64,000 nt of DNA from Gammaproteobacteria bacterium (GTDB lineage: Bacteria > Pseudomonadota > Gammaproteobacteria > Eutrophobiales > Eutrophobiaceae): NCBI GenBank assembly GCA_963422205.2, contig CAXMWX010000009.1, positions 262,721-326,720 of the forward strand, given 5' to 3'. Position 1 is the first letter of the stretch; every line of letters starts with the position of its first letter. The notes under the pieces were generated by a model. That model worked only from the letters and a program-made list of their open reading frames with translations. It searched no databases and was not told where the DNA came from. The position numbers and the translations under genes were made by a program. Shown here piece by piece: positions 27,016-36,635 of this stretch.

Positions 27016-28763
27016 TACATTTTTTCAGGGGCAGATACACCCAGTATCGCCAGGCCATTGCCGAGCACCTGTCTTGTTGCGGTGATAAGCGCCAGCCGGG
27101 CCTGGCGCAGTTCAGTGTGTTCGATGAGAAGTTTATGCATGTTGTAGTAGCTATGGAAACAGTGCGCCAGATCACGCAGGAAAAAACACAGAGTATGCGG
27201 CTCATACGCCTTGGCCGAGTTAATTATCTGTTGTTCATAGCGTGATAAATGGCTGATCAAGGCAAGCTCATGATCATTCGTCAGCAGGTGCAGGTTGTCC
27301 AGGGCGAGTTGCTGATCGTAGGTGTAATTTTTCTGCTGCATCTCTCTTAGGACACTGCAAATGCGCGCATGGGCATAGTGTATGTAGTACACCGGATTAT
27401 CGTTAGACTGCGATGTTGCAAGATCAAGATCAAAATCCAGATGTTGCTCTGACCGGCGCATGACATAAAAAAACCGGGCCGCATCCACCCCCACTTCTGT
27501 CATTAGTTCCCGCAGCGTCACGTATTGTCCTGAGCGGGTGGACATGGGTATATTCTTCCCGTCACGGTAAAGTGTAGCAAATTGAACCAGCAGGACTGTC
27601 AGTTTATCCGGGGCATCCGCCAGGGCAGCCAGGGCCGCCTTCACCCGCTGGATGTAGCCGTGGTGATCGGCCCCCCAGACATTGATGATTTTATCAAAGC
27701 CACGTTGCAGCTTATTGGCATGGTAGGCGATGTCAGCGGCGAAGTAGGTGTAGCTGCCGTTCTCTCGCTTAACTACCCGGTCTTTCTCATCACCATATTC
27801 ACGGGCAGCAAACCAGCTTGCCCCATCCTGATCATAGATCGCCTTAACAGCCCGTAGCTGTGCAATCGCCTGTGTGATCTCCCCGCTGTCGAACAGGGTG
27901 CGCTCTGAAAACCAGCGATCGAAACGGACGCCAAAATCTGCCAAATCAGCCTGTATGGTGGAGAGTATGTGATTAAGGCCAGCAGTGAGAATAGCCTGGA
28001 ATTTCTCAGTCCCCAGTCGGGCCCTGGCATGGCTTACCAGGGCATCAAGCTGTAACTCAGGGGTGAGCCTGTCCCAATCCTTGTTGATCACCTCATCCAG
28101 TGCGATGAGGTATTGTTTGCCGTCTTTTTCATGCAGCGCGGTGGCGATGTCGGTGATATAGGCTGCCTGATAGGCGGCTTCAGGATAAGGATGATCACAG
28201 CCACAGCGGGCTAAATACTTCAGCCAGATACTGATCGCCAGGATATCCATTTGCCGACCGGCATCGTTGACATAATATTCCCGGGTGACGGCAAACCCGG
28301 CGGCTTGCAGCAGGCTGGCAACCGCATCACCGTAAGCCGCCCCCCGACCATGGCCGATATGCAGCGGCCCGGTTGGGTTGGCCGAGACGAATTCGACCAG
28401 CACCCGCTGGCCCTGGCCGAAATCGCTGTGACCGAACCGCTGCCCGGCCGCCAGTATCTTCGGGATGATCTGGCTGAGCCCGCCGGTGCAGAGATAAAAA
28501 TTGATAAACCCCGGGCCGGCGATGGCAATTTTTTCAATCAACGCATGCGGGGCGAGCGCCTTGCTGATCTGCTCCGCCAGCTGCCTCGGCGCAAGTTGAA
28601 ATGCCCTGGCATTGACCAGGGCCACATTCGAGGCAAAATCGCCATGTCGGCTGTCACGGGTGGGCATGACCTGTATGTCGGCTGGTCGCCCAAGCCTGAC
28701 GCCGAGCTTCTCAGCGGTTGCCTGTAGCGCCTCATGCAAGAGGGCGTGTATGTGTTCTTTCAT
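27015..28763 (-). CDS. argS: Arginine--tRNA ligase
   Basis: HGDFASN, EFVSANPTGPLHIGHGR, WGADHHGY, MSTRSG, LGVSAPEKM. Start MKEHIH (28763). Confidence 0.97.
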   Translation of the reverse strand: MKEHIHALLHEALQATAEKLGVRLGRPADIQVMPTRDSRHGDFASNVALVNARAFQLAPRQLAEQISKALAPHALIEKIAIAGPGFINFYLCTGGLSQIIPKILAAGQRFGHSDFGQGQRVLVEFVSANPTGPLHIGHGRGAAYGDAVASLLQAAGFAVTREYYVNDAGRQMDILAISIWLKYLARCGCDHPYPEAAYQAAYITDIATALHEKDGKQYLIALDEVINKDWDRLTPELQLDALVSHARARLGTEKFQAILTAGLNHILSTIQADLADFGVRFDRWFSERTLFDSGEITQAIAQLRAVKAIYDQDGASWFAAREYGDEKDRVVKRENGSYTYFAADIAYHANKLQRGFDKIINVWGADHHGYIQRVKAALAALADAPDKLTVLLVQFATLYRDGKNIPMSTRSGQYVTLRELMTEVGVDAARFFYVMRRSEQHLDFDLDLATSQSNDNPVYYIHYAHARICSVLREMQQKNYTYDQQLALDNLHLLTNDHELALISHLSRYEQQIINSAKAYEPHTLCFFLRDLAHCFHSYYNMHKLLIEHTELRQARLALITATRQVLGNGLAILGVSAPEKM

Positions 28764-28849
28764 GGCCTGGGGCGTGCGGTATTGACAGATTATACGGACG
28801 ATTGTGCGGGCTGATTGTACCCGAACTGGCATTTATTTCAGCGCAGGCA

Positions 28850-31054
28850 TCACAGCATATCCTGAGGGTCAATATCCAGCGACCAGCGAACCCGCTGTGC
28901 CGGGGCTGAGTTTTCAAGCCGGACCAGCCAGTCCGCCAGCACCGACTTAAAGACCGCCCGGTTGTGAGTCTGTAACACGAGCTGGTAGCGGTAGCGCCCC
29001 TGTTTTTTCTCTATCGGTGCAGCATAGGGCCCGGATAGCTGTATCGTGGCCTGCTGTTCGCCCAGGCTGCGGCAGGCGAAATCAAGAAACCTGACCGCCA
29101 GTTGTTTATCTTTGGCCTCAGCCCGTAACAGGGCAATAAAGCTGTAGGGCGGCAGCAGGGCCTGTTCTCGTTCGGCCAGCAGGGACTGGGCAAAATGCGA
29201 GTAGCCTTTATGCACCAGCGCTTGCAGCAACGGATGATTCGGATAGTGCGTTTGTATGTAGACTGTGCCTTTCGTCTCCGCCCGCCCCGCCCGCCCGCTG
29301 ACCTGAATGATCAACTGTGCCATCCGCTCGGTGGCGCGAAAGTCGGCGCTCAATAAACCGCTGTCCGCATCAATGATCCCGACCAGCGTAACATTGGGAA
29401 AGTGATGACCCTTGGCGAGCATCTGTGTGCCTATCAGGATCTGTGCCTGGCCGGAGGTAATCGCTTGCAGCATGGCATCCATGCTGCCGCATCGGCGCGT
29501 GCTGTCTTTGTCTATACGCAGGATGTTGGCCTCCGGGAAATGTTCGCTGATGGTCTGGCTGATACGTTGTGTGCCATGGCCGACTTTTATCAGGTTCATG
29601 CCGCCGCACTCTCTGCACTTATCGGGCAGCGCCTGCTGTTTATCACAATGATGGCAGACCAGCTTTTGCTTTTCCTTATGCCAGGTCATGTTGATAGAGC
29701 AGCGTTCACAGCCGCACAGCCAGCCACAGTGGTGACAGAGTATCGCCGGTGAGTGGCCACGCCGGTTCAGGAACAGCAGCGTTTGCTGGCCGTTTATGAG
29801 GTTCGCCTTGATCGCCTGCAACAGGGAGGTTGAGAAGGCGCCGGTGATCTGCTGGTTCTGCAGGTTGACCAGCCTGATCTCAGGTGTACTTGAGGTGCCG
29901 ACACGTTGCGGCAGGCAGGAGGTCTTGAATTTGCCTGTCTGAACATTATGGATGCTTTCCAGTGACGGGGTGGCCGAGCCCAGCACGACCGGCACCCCCG
30001 CCATTTGCGCCCGCATGATGGCCACATCGCGTGCCGAATAGCGAAAACCCTCTTCCTGTTTGTAGGAGCTGTCATGTTCCTCATCGATGATAAACACCCC
30101 TGGATTTTTTAAGGGCGTCCAGACGGCCGAGCGCGTACCGATGATCACCTGTGCCTCGCCCTGACGTGCCGCCAGCCAGTTGTGCAGTCTTGCCGTTCTG
30201 CCCAGGCCGGAGTGCATTGACGTGATGCTGACGGGCAGGCGGGCTTGCAGCCGCTCCAGGAATTGCGGCGTCAGGCTGATTTCCGGCACCAGCACCAGCG
30301 CCTGTTTGCCCCTTGCGATGACCTTGCGGATGGCCTCAATATAGACCTCTGTCTTGCCGCTGCCCGTGATGCCCTGCAATAATCTGGCATGATAGCGGCT
30401 CATCTCTTGGGTGATGCTCTTAACGGCGGCAGACTGGTCCGGGTTAAGCGTTACCGGTGGCGGCTGATGACCGTTCGTGTCGCGGCCAGGCGGCACTTTT
30501 TTAATCAGCCGCTTCTTGAGCAGGGCCAGCAGGGGTTGGTGAATGTTGCCGTGCTGGTGGCTCAATTCAGCCTGGCTGATCCCTTTCGGCCTATCGATGA
30601 TGCTGTTAAACACCTGGCGCTGCTTTGGGGCGCGCTGCAAAGATGCAAGCGCTGTTTGTCTGTCGGTGGTGCTGACATAGACAGAGTCGCTTTTTCTCTC
30701 GGCTGGCTTGCCTTGGCGCAGCAGGCCCGGCAAGGCGGCAAATACCACCTCGCCAACCGGGTGCTGGTAGTATTGGCTGGCCCACAGCAAAAGCTCAAGC
30801 TGCTGCTTGTCAAACAGGGGCGCCGGATCGATGACGGTGTTGATGCTTTTCAGCCGGTTACGGGGCACGGCGGTTTTCTGTGTCAGGGCGAGCAGCAGGC
30901 CGACCTGCTGTTGGCGTTTGCCAAAGGGGACCGAGAGACGCATTCCCGGTGACAGCGGCATGGACGTAAATTGCGGGCCGGGAAGGTAATCAAACTGCCG
31001 CCGTAATGGCACCGGAATGGCAACGTGCAAAATGGTGTCCGGCATAAGGCTCAA
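28850..31054 (-). CDS. priA: Primosomal protein N'
   Basis: GITGSGKTE, DEEHD, Cys-rich zinc motifs, QVSGRAGR, RWSLDIDP. Confidence 0.97.
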   Translation of the reverse strand: MSLMPDTILHVAIPVPLRRQFDYLPGPQFTSMPLSPGMRLSVPFGKRQQQVGLLLALTQKTAVPRNRLKSINTVIDPAPLFDKQQLELLLWASQYYQHPVGEVVFAALPGLLRQGKPAERKSDSVYVSTTDRQTALASLQRAPKQRQVFNSIIDRPKGISQAELSHQHGNIHQPLLALLKKRLIKKVPPGRDTNGHQPPPVTLNPDQSAAVKSITQEMSRYHARLLQGITGSGKTEVYIEAIRKVIARGKQALVLVPEISLTPQFLERLQARLPVSITSMHSGLGRTARLHNWLAARQGEAQVIIGTRSAVWTPLKNPGVFIIDEEHDSSYKQEEGFRYSARDVAIMRAQMAGVPVVLGSATPSLESIHNVQTGKFKTSCLPQRVGTSSTPEIRLVNLQNQQITGAFSTSLLQAIKANLINGQQTLLFLNRRGHSPAILCHHCGWLCGCERCSINMTWHKEKQKLVCHHCDKQQALPDKCRECGGMNLIKVGHGTQRISQTISEHFPEANILRIDKDSTRRCGSMDAMLQAITSGQAQILIGTQMLAKGHHFPNVTLVGIIDADSGLLSADFRATERMAQLIIQVSGRAGRAETKGTVYIQTHYPNHPLLQALVHKGYSHFAQSLLAEREQALLPPYSFIALLRAEAKDKQLAVRFLDFACRSLGEQQATIQLSGPYAAPIEKKQGRYRYQLVLQTHNRAVFKSVLADWLVRLENSAPAQRVRWSLDIDPQDML

Positions 31055-31185
31055 GCCGTTGTGATGGGCATCTTGTCAGCCTGTTCAATCGGCGGCTGGT
31101 CAGGCAGCGTGACTATCGGGTGGGGATAAGCCCAGTAGATATAAGCCATCAGTTAGTGCTTTTTCGGCGTGATGCTGTCAGCCGA

Positions 31186-33627
31186 TCAGAACTGAAATGC
31201 CGGTGTGGATAGCTTTTCACAGGCGGGTAGACTCGCCAACTGATCCGGTTTGAATACTTCAAATTTCGCCCCGGGATAATTGGTGCTGGCCTTGCAGCCG
31301 GACTTCGGATCAATGCGTACATTCAGCAGGCCAACCGGTCGTTCCATCACGGCCTCTGGCGTATCGTCCAGGGCGATTTGCATGTACTCCGTCCACATGG
31401 GTAGCGCCGCCTTGCCGCCGACCTCGCCCCGGCCCAATGGCAGAAACTTATCAAAACCCACCCAGGCAACGGCGACCAGCTCGCTGTTAAAACCGGCAAA
31501 CCAGGCATCATGCTGATCGTTAGTCGTGCCGGTCTTGCCCGCCAGATCGTTACGTTTCAGCCTGGCATAGGCCGCCCTGCCGGTGCCGCTTCTGACAACA
31601 TCTTTTAGCAATGAGTGCATTATCCAGATCGTCCGTGCATCCACCACCCGCCGGGCATGAGATGGCTGAACCGGCCCGGTTGCTGTGGCCGTTGTGTCAG
31701 TGGTTGCCTCAACAGGCGTCTCAACGGTCATATCGGTAGCACCATCAACAGGCGTCTCAACGGTCATATCGGCCTCGGCGGCCTCCTCACATGCCGGGCA
31801 GACTGCCTCGGGCTGTGCCTTGAAGACCGCATTGCCCTGATGGTCGATAATTTGTTCGATAAAATACGGGTTGACTGCATAGCCGCCATTGGCCAGGACG
31901 GCATAGCCACGGGCTAACTGCCACGGCGTCACCTCCCCGCTGCCCAGTGCCAGTGATAAATTCTGCGGCAGCCGACCCCTCTGAAAGCCATATTTTTCAA
32001 TATGCTCCAGCGCCTTTTGGATCCCAAGCTGATCGAGCAGGCGGATGGAGACCAGGTTGCGTGATTTACGCAGGGCTTCTCGTAACAATGTCGGCCCGAA
32101 GGACTTGCCGCTGTAATTCTTTGGCCGCCATTTCTGGCCGATTCCCGGATCGTTAAATACGACCGGGGCATCGTTGATGATGCTGGCGGCAGAGAAGCCA
32201 TTGTCCAGGGCAGCAGAATAGATGAATGGCTTGAAACTCGATCCCGGCTGGCGTTTGGCCTGCACGATGCGATTAAATTTACTGCGATAAAAATCAAACC
32301 CGCCCACCAGGGCCAGGGTTGCCCCGGTATTCGGATCAAGTGACACCAGCCCGCCTTCCACCTGGGGCAGTTGCGACAGTAACCAGTTGCCTGCATCGTC
32401 CTCTGTCACTCGGATAATATCGCCGATCTTAACCACATCGGCGGCGGTTGCAGGGGCCGGGCCGCGGCGGTTCTCATCAATATAGCGGCGCGCCCAGCGT
32501 AGCCCCGACCATTCAATGGCAACGCTGCCTATCCCGGCCAGGTAAGCGGATGCGGCCTGTGCATTTACCTGTGTAACCACTGCCGGATACAGCGGCCCGA
32601 TAGATGAGTAAGGCTGAAGCCATGCCGCCCAATCGGCTTCTGTGCTGGCCCTATCCAGTGCATGGTGCTGTTCAGCCCCGCGGTAGCCATGCCGCTTATC
32701 ATACGCCAGCAGGGCACTTCGCAGGGCGTGATTAGCGGCCTGCTGGTGCGTGTCTCTGAGGGTGGTGGTGACGAGATACCCATCGGTATACGCCTTGTCG
32801 CCGTATTGTTCGGTTAATTGCTTGCGTACCATCTCGGCCACATAGGGGGCTTCAAGCTCAACATGCGGGCCGTGTAATGAGGCACTCAGCGGCGCCTGCA
32901 AGGCGGTCTCATAATCCTGCGGGCTGATAAAGCCGGCCTTTAACATACGGCCTAACACATAGGTACGCCTTTGCTTAGCCGCCTCCGGGTTGGTCACCGG
33001 GTTAGTCCTGGAGGGCGCCTTGGGCAGCCCGGCTATCATGGCGTATTGTGCCAGGTTCAGATCGGTGATGGCGGTGCCGTAGTAAACCTGTGCGGCTGCA
33101 CCGATGCCATAAGCGCGCTGGCCAAGGTAGATCTTGTTCAGGTACAACTCCAGAATCTGATCCTTCTGTAGCTGGCTTTCAATTTTAAGCGCTAGGAAGA
33201 TCTCATTCAGCTTGCGTAGATACGACTTCTCCCGACTGAGAAAAAAATTACGTGCCACCTGCATGGTGATCGTGCTGCCGCCCTGTTTTTTCTCGCCGGT
33301 TATCAGCAGGCTGATGGTCGCCCGCATCAATCCTCGCCAGTCCACGCCCGGGTGGGCATAAAAACGTTCATCCTCGGCGGCAATAAAGGCGTCAATCAAC
33401 CGCTGTGGTGTGTCTTTTATGGCCACCGGAATACGTTTTTTCTCGCCATATTCAGCGATCAGCGAGCGGTTATCCTGGCTGTAAATTCGCAGCGGAATCT
33501 GCATGCGAACATCCAGCAGGCTGTCGATGGCCGGGAGTTTGGGAACGATATACAGCGTAACGGCGGCCAGCATTATCGTGCCCAAAGCGCACAGGATGAT
33601 CAGATTTTTAAGCAGAAATCTCAACAT
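31186..33627 (-). CDS. mrcA: Penicillin-binding protein 1A
   Basis: AEDERF, GGSTITMQ, RKLNE; transpeptidase SSFK, SRN, KTG; divergent from pilM. Confidence 0.96.
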   Translation of the reverse strand: MLRFLLKNLIILCALGTIMLAAVTLYIVPKLPAIDSLLDVRMQIPLRIYSQDNRSLIAEYGEKKRIPVAIKDTPQRLIDAFIAAEDERFYAHPGVDWRGLMRATISLLITGEKKQGGSTITMQVARNFFLSREKSYLRKLNEIFLALKIESQLQKDQILELYLNKIYLGQRAYGIGAAAQVYYGTAITDLNLAQYAMIAGLPKAPSRTNPVTNPEAAKQRRTYVLGRMLKAGFISPQDYETALQAPLSASLHGPHVELEAPYVAEMVRKQLTEQYGDKAYTDGYLVTTTLRDTHQQAANHALRSALLAYDKRHGYRGAEQHHALDRASTEADWAAWLQPYSSIGPLYPAVVTQVNAQAASAYLAGIGSVAIEWSGLRWARRYIDENRRGPAPATAADVVKIGDIIRVTEDDAGNWLLSQLPQVEGGLVSLDPNTGATLALVGGFDFYRSKFNRIVQAKRQPGSSFKPFIYSAALDNGFSAASIINDAPVVFNDPGIGQKWRPKNYSGKSFGPTLLREALRKSRNLVSIRLLDQLGIQKALEHIEKYGFQRGRLPQNLSLALGSGEVTPWQLARGYAVLANGGYAVNPYFIEQIIDHQGNAVFKAQPEAVCPACEEAAEADMTVETPVDGATDMTVETPVEATTDTTATATGPVQPSHARRVVDARTIWIMHSLLKDVVRSGTGRAAYARLKRNDLAGKTGTTNDQHDAWFAGFNSELVAVAWVGFDKFLPLGRGEVGGKAALPMWTEYMQIALDDTPEAVMERPVGLLNVRIDPKSGCKASTNYPGAKFEVFKPDQLASLPACEKLSTPAFQF
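31709..31772. repeat. In-frame 36-bp-period duplication (28-bp identical core) within mrcA
   Basis: TCAACAGGCGTCTCAACGGTCATATCGG at 31709 and 31745, encoding DMTVETPV twice. Confidence 0.9.
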
Positions 33628-33816
33628 GTTGTGTAGTGTAATCCAAATTAATCCAACATCTATTGTTTTGTTACAAACGGCAAAACCTAAGCTGATTGCC
33701 CGGCAAAGTTGAAAACCGGCTTGTTTTTATATTTGTTGTTGACTAAGGTTGCGAATAAAAGTTAATGTAGTAATATATAAAGAATACATAACTTGCCATA
33801 GTAAAAGGAAAAAACA

Positions 33817-34878
33817 GTGTTGCCTTTTAAGAAAAAGACTGTCCCTGTGGTTGGTATCGACATTAGCGTAACGGCAATTAAGTTGCTTGAACTCAGTCTT
33901 GGCGGCAGTGGCTATCGGGTCGAAAGCTATGCGGTTGAGCCGTTGCCGGCCAATGCGGTCACCGATAAAAACATCACCGATATCGATGCCGTGGGCGAGG
34001 CGATTGGCCGTGCGGTGAAAAAGTCCGGCACCAAGCTCAAGACTGCCGCGGCGGCTGTGGCCGGCTCGGCGGTGATTACCAAGGTCATTGAGATGCCGGC
34101 CGGTCTGTCTGATCATGACATGGAAAGCCAGATTGAGGTGGAAGCAGATCAATACATACCCTTTCCGCTGGAAGAGGTTGTGTTGGACTTTGAAGTGCTG
34201 GGCGAGCGAGATGACAACCCGGACCGGGTTGATGTGTTGCTGGCCGCTTCACGCACTGAAAATGTGGATGATAAAGTCGCTTCGCTGGAATTGGGCGGGT
34301 TACAGGCGAAGATCATTGATGTTGAGGCCTTTGCGCTGGAGAACTCTATCAACATGATCGCCGATGACAGCCTGGGCGGTGCTTATGAGCAGGTCATCGC
34401 GGTGGTGGATGTCGGCTCGGCGGTGACCACATTCAGCGTCCTGGACAAGGGCCAGATAGTCTATTCAAGAGAGCAGCAGTTCGGTGGTGCCCAGCTAACC
34501 GAAGACATACAGCGCAAGTATGGCCTGTCATACGAAGAGGCGGGCATTGCCAAGAAGCAGGGCGGCCTGCCGGATAATTATGAATCCGAAGTGCTGGAGC
34601 CATTCAAGGACAATATGGCACAGCAGATCAGCCGTGCACAGCAGTTCTTTTTCTCATCGAGTTCCATCACCAGCATTGATCATCTGATCGTGGCCGGCGG
34701 TTGTGCTTCCATAGATGGCATCAGCGGGCTGATTGAATCCAAGGCAGGCATCCCAACCTCCATCGCCAATCCGTTTGCCTATATGTCTGTCGCTTCCCGG
34801 GTCTCTTCCAACACGCTGGCCAATGATGCCCCGGCACTGCTGGTCTCCTGCGGTCTGGCATTAAGGAGTTTTCTCTAA
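33817..34878 (+). CDS. pilM: Type IV pilus assembly protein PilM
   Basis: VGIDIS..IKLLEL actin-like ATPase fold; GLALRSF C-terminus. Confidence 0.96.
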   Translation: MLPFKKKTVPVVGIDISVTAIKLLELSLGGSGYRVESYAVEPLPANAVTDKNITDIDAVGEAIGRAVKKSGTKLKTAAAAVAGSAVITKVIEMPAGLSDHDMESQIEVEADQYIPFPLEEVVLDFEVLGERDDNPDRVDVLLAASRTENVDDKVASLELGGLQAKIIDVEAFALENSINMIADDSLGGAYEQVIAVVDVGSAVTTFSVLDKGQIVYSREQQFGGAQLTEDIQRKYGLSYEEAGIAKKQGGLPDNYESEVLEPFKDNMAQQISRAQQFFFSSSSITSIDHLIVAGGCASIDGISGLIESKAGIPTSIANPFAYMSVASRVSSNTLANDAPALLVSCGLALRSFL

Positions 34879-35450
34879 TGCCTACCATTAACTTACTGCC
34901 CTGGCGCGAAGCCGAAAGAAAACAAAAAACCCAGGAGTTTATGGTGCTGCTTGGCCTGTTTGCTGCGGTCGGCATCGCCATCTTCGGTCTGGTACACATG
35001 TTCAATGTGCAGTTGATAGACAACCAGAAAGAGCGCAACCAGTTTCTGCAAGATAAGATCGCCCAGCAGGACAAGAAGATTGAAGAGATCAAAGAGCTGG
35101 AGAAAAAACGCCAGCGCCTGCTGGATCGAATCCAGGCGATTGAACAGCTACAGGGTAATCGCCCGTTGATTGTGCGTTTTTTTGATGAACTCATCACCAG
35201 CCTGCCCGAGGGCGTCAGCATCACGGCAATCACGCAAAAGGGGCAAAATGTCACCATTAATGGCCAGGCACAGTCCAATGCCAGGGTTTCGTCTTTCCTG
35301 AGAAATCTGGAATCCTCGGCCTGGCTGGAAAGCCCCAAGCTGGATGTTATTGAAGCCTTTGATGAGAGCGGCTTGCGGGTGAGCAATTTCACCATGCAGT
35401 TTAAACAAGTCATACCAAGTGATAACGAAGAGGAAGAGGACGAAGCATGA
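34878..35450 (+). CDS. pilN: Type IV pilus assembly protein PilN
   Basis: INLLPWRE motif; operon position. Confidence 0.95.
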   Translation: MPTINLLPWREAERKQKTQEFMVLLGLFAAVGIAIFGLVHMFNVQLIDNQKERNQFLQDKIAQQDKKIEEIKELEKKRQRLLDRIQAIEQLQGNRPLIVRFFDELITSLPEGVSITAITQKGQNVTINGQAQSNARVSSFLRNLESSAWLESPKLDVIEAFDESGLRVSNFTMQFKQVIPSDNEEEEDEA

Positions 35451-36034
35451 GTCTTGCAGACGATCTGAAAAATCTGGACCCGAATAATCCCGGGTTATGG
35501 CCGGCACCTGTTCAACTGGCAGTGTGCGTTCTGGTTGTGGTGGTTATCCTGGCCGGGGGGTATTTTCTGCACTTCAAAAATCAGCGTATCACGCTGGGGC
35601 AACAGGAGCAGCAAGAGGTTTCGCTGAAAGCCGAATTTGAGAAAAAACATAAAAAAGTGGCAAACCTTGAAGCACTGAAAGAGCAGTTGGCCGAAATGGA
35701 ACAGTCGTTCGGCGATATGTTGAGGCAGTTACCCAACAAGACCGAGATCGCCGGTTTGATTGTTGATATCTCCCAGACCGGGCTAGCGGCGGGCCTGGAA
35801 TTTGATCTGTTTAAACCCGGGGCAGAGATACAAAAAGAATTCTATTCAGAATTGCCTATTAAGTTAAAAGTCAGCGGCACCTATCACCAGTTGGGCGAGT
35901 TTGTCAGTGGCGTGGCATCACTGCCTCGAATCGTGACCACGCATGACATGAAGATCACCGGCAAGGGCACAGACTTGACTGCCGAAGCAACGGCCAAGAC
36001 CTACCGTGCCAAAGAAGAACAGGAAGATTCGTGA
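35447..36034 (+). CDS. pilO: Type IV pilus assembly protein PilO
   Basis: LRQLPNKTE, FYSELPI, LPRIVT, AKTYR motifs. Confidence 0.95.
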   Translation: MSLADDLKNLDPNNPGLWPAPVQLAVCVLVVVVILAGGYFLHFKNQRITLGQQEQQEVSLKAEFEKKHKKVANLEALKEQLAEMEQSFGDMLRQLPNKTEIAGLIVDISQTGLAAGLEFDLFKPGAEIQKEFYSELPIKLKVSGTYHQLGEFVSGVASLPRIVTTHDMKITGKGTDLTAEATAKTYRAKEEQEDS

Positions 36035-36618
36035 TGTTTGCAAAGATTTCAGACAGCCATCGACAGGAAACACATTACCTTAAACCGGTGTTGGCCCTGG
36101 TGTTTGTCATCAGCCTGGGCGGTTGCGGGTCGGGTCAGTTCGATGATCTGGAAGAATGGACACAACAGGTCTCCGCCCGCAAAAGCGGTCGGGTTGAGCC
36201 GCTGCCGGAGGTCAAGCCCTATGTGGCTTATACCTATCAAGGTGCCCAGGCGGGCGCCAGAGATCCCTTCCAGCCATTTTTTGTACAGCGGGAGGCAGAG
36301 CAGACAGATGCGGCTGATACCGGCTTAACCGAAGAGATGGAGAGGGAGTTGGTAAGCAGGAATCGTGAAGAGTTGGAGCGGTTTGAACTGGACAGTTTAC
36401 GGATGGTAGGGACATTACAGAATGCCGATAATAACTGGGCAATCATTTCTGATCCGGATGGAGTAGTACATCGTGTTACCGTGGGTAATTATATTGGTCG
36501 TAATATAGGCAAGATAATTAACATTTACGAAAACAAGGTTGAAGTAAGAGAGATCGTCAAGAACAGCAATAATCGTTGGGAAGAACGTCAGGCTGCTCTT
36601 GCGCTTGTTGAAGAATAG
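36031..36618 (+). CDS. pilP: Type IV pilus assembly lipoprotein PilP
   Basis: Lipobox LGGC, RDPF, LERFELDSLRMVGT, GNYIGRN motifs. Confidence 0.94.
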   Translation: MMFAKISDSHRQETHYLKPVLALVFVISLGGCGSGQFDDLEEWTQQVSARKSGRVEPLPEVKPYVAYTYQGAQAGARDPFQPFFVQREAEQTDAADTGLTEEMERELVSRNREELERFELDSLRMVGTLQNADNNWAIISDPDGVVHRVTVGNYIGRNIGKIINIYENKVEVREIVKNSNNRWEERQAALALVEE

Positions 36619-36635
36619 ACAAACGAGGTATACCA

